A stretch of DNA of 37,262 bases, taken from NCBI RefSeq assembly GCF_004010195.1, contig NC_057749.1:25326234-25363495 (forward strand). Direction: 5' to 3'. Under the pieces are notes generated by a model that saw only the letters and a list, made by a program, of their open reading frames with translations, made no database searches and was not told where the DNA came from. The translations under genes were made by a program, and so were the position numbers. Positions 35,085 through 37,262 of the stretch are shown here, piece after piece. How positions within the stretch are numbered: position 1 is the stretch's first letter; each line of letters starts with the position of its first letter. Source of the stretch: Chiloscyllium plagiosum. Its lineage: Eukaryota.

Positions 35085-35438
35085 CTGCAGTCGGGCAAGA
35101 GGAAGAGTGAGGATTAAAATGAGGGTTGACCGCTGTTTCTTACTTGCCTTATTAAGAAGATCCTAGTCTTCTTTCAAAGACCAAAAATGGTGGTCAGAAG
35201 ACACCTCGGACACTGACAGCCAGTTCACCTTTGTGGGAGAGACTCAATTGATGAGACACGGTCTAACCAGAAGGAGACCCTCTCTTCCCCCACCCCGGCC
35301 TCCCCCCAATTAAAGATGGAAGTGAGGACCTTGCGGCTGTGTGGTCCTCTTTCCCACACAGCCACAGGGAGGCGCTATGACTGAGTGGGCGAGATGCATG
35401 ACTGACAGGGGAGTTAAAGCATATTGGGAGGAGACAGG

Positions 35439-35854
35439 TGTTATGAAGGTGTAGACGTGTACTGTACCTTTAAGGGAACTAAAATTTCTGGCTGGCACAA
35501 AGTGCTCTGAAAGATTTTAAAATGTAACAGTGGGTGAAACAAATAGTTGGAGAACAATCTACAGAGGAAAATCTACAAAAGGAGAATGGACAAAGCTGAC
35601 TGGTTTTGAAATGTGATTATTTTTCTCTATAAATCTTAATTGGGTATTTTTAAAATTGGACCAGCATTGTAGAGTGGGAGGTAAAAACAGGAGTTGTAAA
35701 TAGTTGTGAAGAAATAAAATTGTTAATTTTTACTTTAAATCGTGACCTCTGAGATAGTTCTTTCCCTTTTGGAATTTAACAGATCACGGCTCCAGGTGAG
35801 CCTCTGTGTGTATCGGGTTTAAATTAGCAAAGGGGTTTACCCCGCATCGTAACA
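35439..35854. mobile_element. Solo LTR (Gypsy-like)
   Basis: Ends TGTTATGA...TCGTAACA (inverted, TG..CA) with 4-bp TSD CAGG at 35435-35438 and 35855-35858. Confidence 0.8.
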
Positions 35855-36005
35855 CAGGAGAGTGGAAGCTATAGTCAGATCAGCTGGAATCTGATCGATT
35901 TGTGGACTACAGCCCAGAAGCTGAATGGCTCACTCCTGATTTGTGCCGATGACACAGCGGAGTTCACGTTTTACATATTGGAATGTAAACCTGGAAGCGA
36001 CTCAC

Positions 36006-36105
36006 CCAAATTAACAACCTCTGTCGGAAGCATGTGACAAAGTTCCAGAAGATCAGGATTCTCCATCTTTATCTTTATCTTCTTACTCAAAGACACCTCA
36101 TTCGC
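36006..36105 (-). CDS. neil1: NEIL1 (endonuclease VIII-like 1) coding exon, equivalent to human exon 5; 100 nt, phase 0 to 1
   Basis: ctttcagtctcag|GCG...TTG G|gtgagt; encodes ANEVSLSKKIKIKMENPDLLELCHMLPTEVVNL, matching recalled human SPELTLSQKIRTKLQNPDLLELCHSVPKEVVQL. An alternative AG 6 nt upstream (exon start 36111) would add SQ. Confidence 0.96.
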
Positions 36106-36926
36106 CTGAGACTGAAAGATAGGTGAGACGTTAAGACCTGCACCAGCCATGAAAGCTCCAAAGGTAAGTGCTGGAAGCAATCTACCAATTTACAACAGGA
36201 TTACTCAGTTGAGAAAGACTATCTCCATTTGCATTGCCATTTTACTTTGAACGGATTTCTCGTGCGGCATGTTGCACCGATGTAATTCATGTACCCTCGG
36301 ACTTATTGGCTCCTTTAGCCCGCTCGCACAAGCGGCTCTTGAAGACACAGATTCTGAACGTGGCAGGTTGTAACGCGAGCACTAACTTATCCTGCACAAT
36401 GTGTAAGATCAGCCCATTTGGCAACTGTCAATTACGTGCTGCAGGGGTCGAACCCCACTCTATAACTGTCAGCACAAGCTAAAGGCAGACGTTCCAACGC
36501 AGTACTAAAAGAGTGCCGCCTCATCAGATGTGCTGGGTTGGACAGTTCAGAAAGATTCGAGACAGAGAGAGAGAGAGAGAGAGAGATTGACTACAAACTG
36601 GTGCGGAGCATCCTCTGCATGAGACATATAGATCACAGTTCCCGGATTACAGAGCATCACTGAAATCTTTTCGATTATCCATGTATTATTCCCAAAGTAC
36701 AGGGAGGAAGGGGAAATTGCGGCTACACTATTTTTCACCACCACAACCGTTTTTCTTGGAATCACTCCTGAAGCCAGCGTTTATTTCCGCCCCAAATTAA
36801 ACAAGGTGTTGAGGAGATGTTCTCTAGAATTGAACCAATTAGCTGGTAAGGGCATTCCAGAGGCAGTTAGGAGTTACCAACATTTCTGAGAGGCTGGAGT
36901 TACATACGGCCCAGACCGGCTTGGGC

Positions 36927-37055
36927 AGGCAATGGCCGAGAGGTAATAATGCTCAACTGTTTATCCAGAGACCCAGGTAATGTTCTGAGTTTGAATCCCC
37001 CATGACAGAATTTGCATTCAATAAAAATCTGGAATTATAAGTCTAATGATGAAGT
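36927..37055 (+). mobile_element. tRNA-derived SINE (family B) 5' part
   Basis: aggcaatggccgagaggtaataatgc...atccagagacccaggtaatgttctg. Confidence 0.7.
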
Positions 37056-37070
37056 TTAAAATCTCACAAC

Positions 37071-37262
37071 AATGCAAGGGGCCTAACAGGGAAGGCAGAG
37101 GAACTCAGGGCATGGTTAGGAACATGGGACTGGGATATCATAGCAATTGCGGAAACATGGCTCAGGGATGGGCAGGACTGGCAGCTTAATGTTCCAGGAT
37201 ACAAATGCTACAGGAAGGATAGAAAGGGAGGCAAGAGAGGAGGGGAGTGGCATTTTTGATAA
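37071..37262 (+). mobile_element. CR1 ORF2 AP-endonuclease N-terminus (runs off the window)
   Basis: NARGLTGKAEELRAWLGTWDWDIIAIAETWL...LNVPGYKCYRKDRKGGKRGG. Confidence 0.9.

Overview
Eukaryotic genomic DNA from a cartilaginous fish (shark; the repeat repertoire suggests a carpet/bamboo shark, which is an inference). The window holds the 3' half of the DNA glycosylase gene NEIL1 on the minus strand: six coding exons, equivalent to human exons 5-10, at 36006-36105, 34960-35084, 26337-26364, 18957-19033, 11069-11273 and 9692-9789. All introns are GT-AG and phase-compatible, and a candidate AATAAA lies at 9396-9401. A 402-bp tandem duplication copies the last-exon acceptor and creates a second possible C-terminus. 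Most of the rest is decayed transposons: CR1/HER1 LINEs, HE1 V-SINEs, Deu-SINEs, a second tRNA-derived SINE, Rex1/L2-like LINEs, Penelope-like elements (PLEs) and their palindromic, hammerhead-ribozyme-like termini, a solo LTR and Tc1/mariner-type MITEs. There are also microsatellites and a 544-N assembly gap. Most ORFs in the supplied track are TE fragments or spurious. Repeat boundaries are approximate, family names come from recalled motifs, and no database searches were run.
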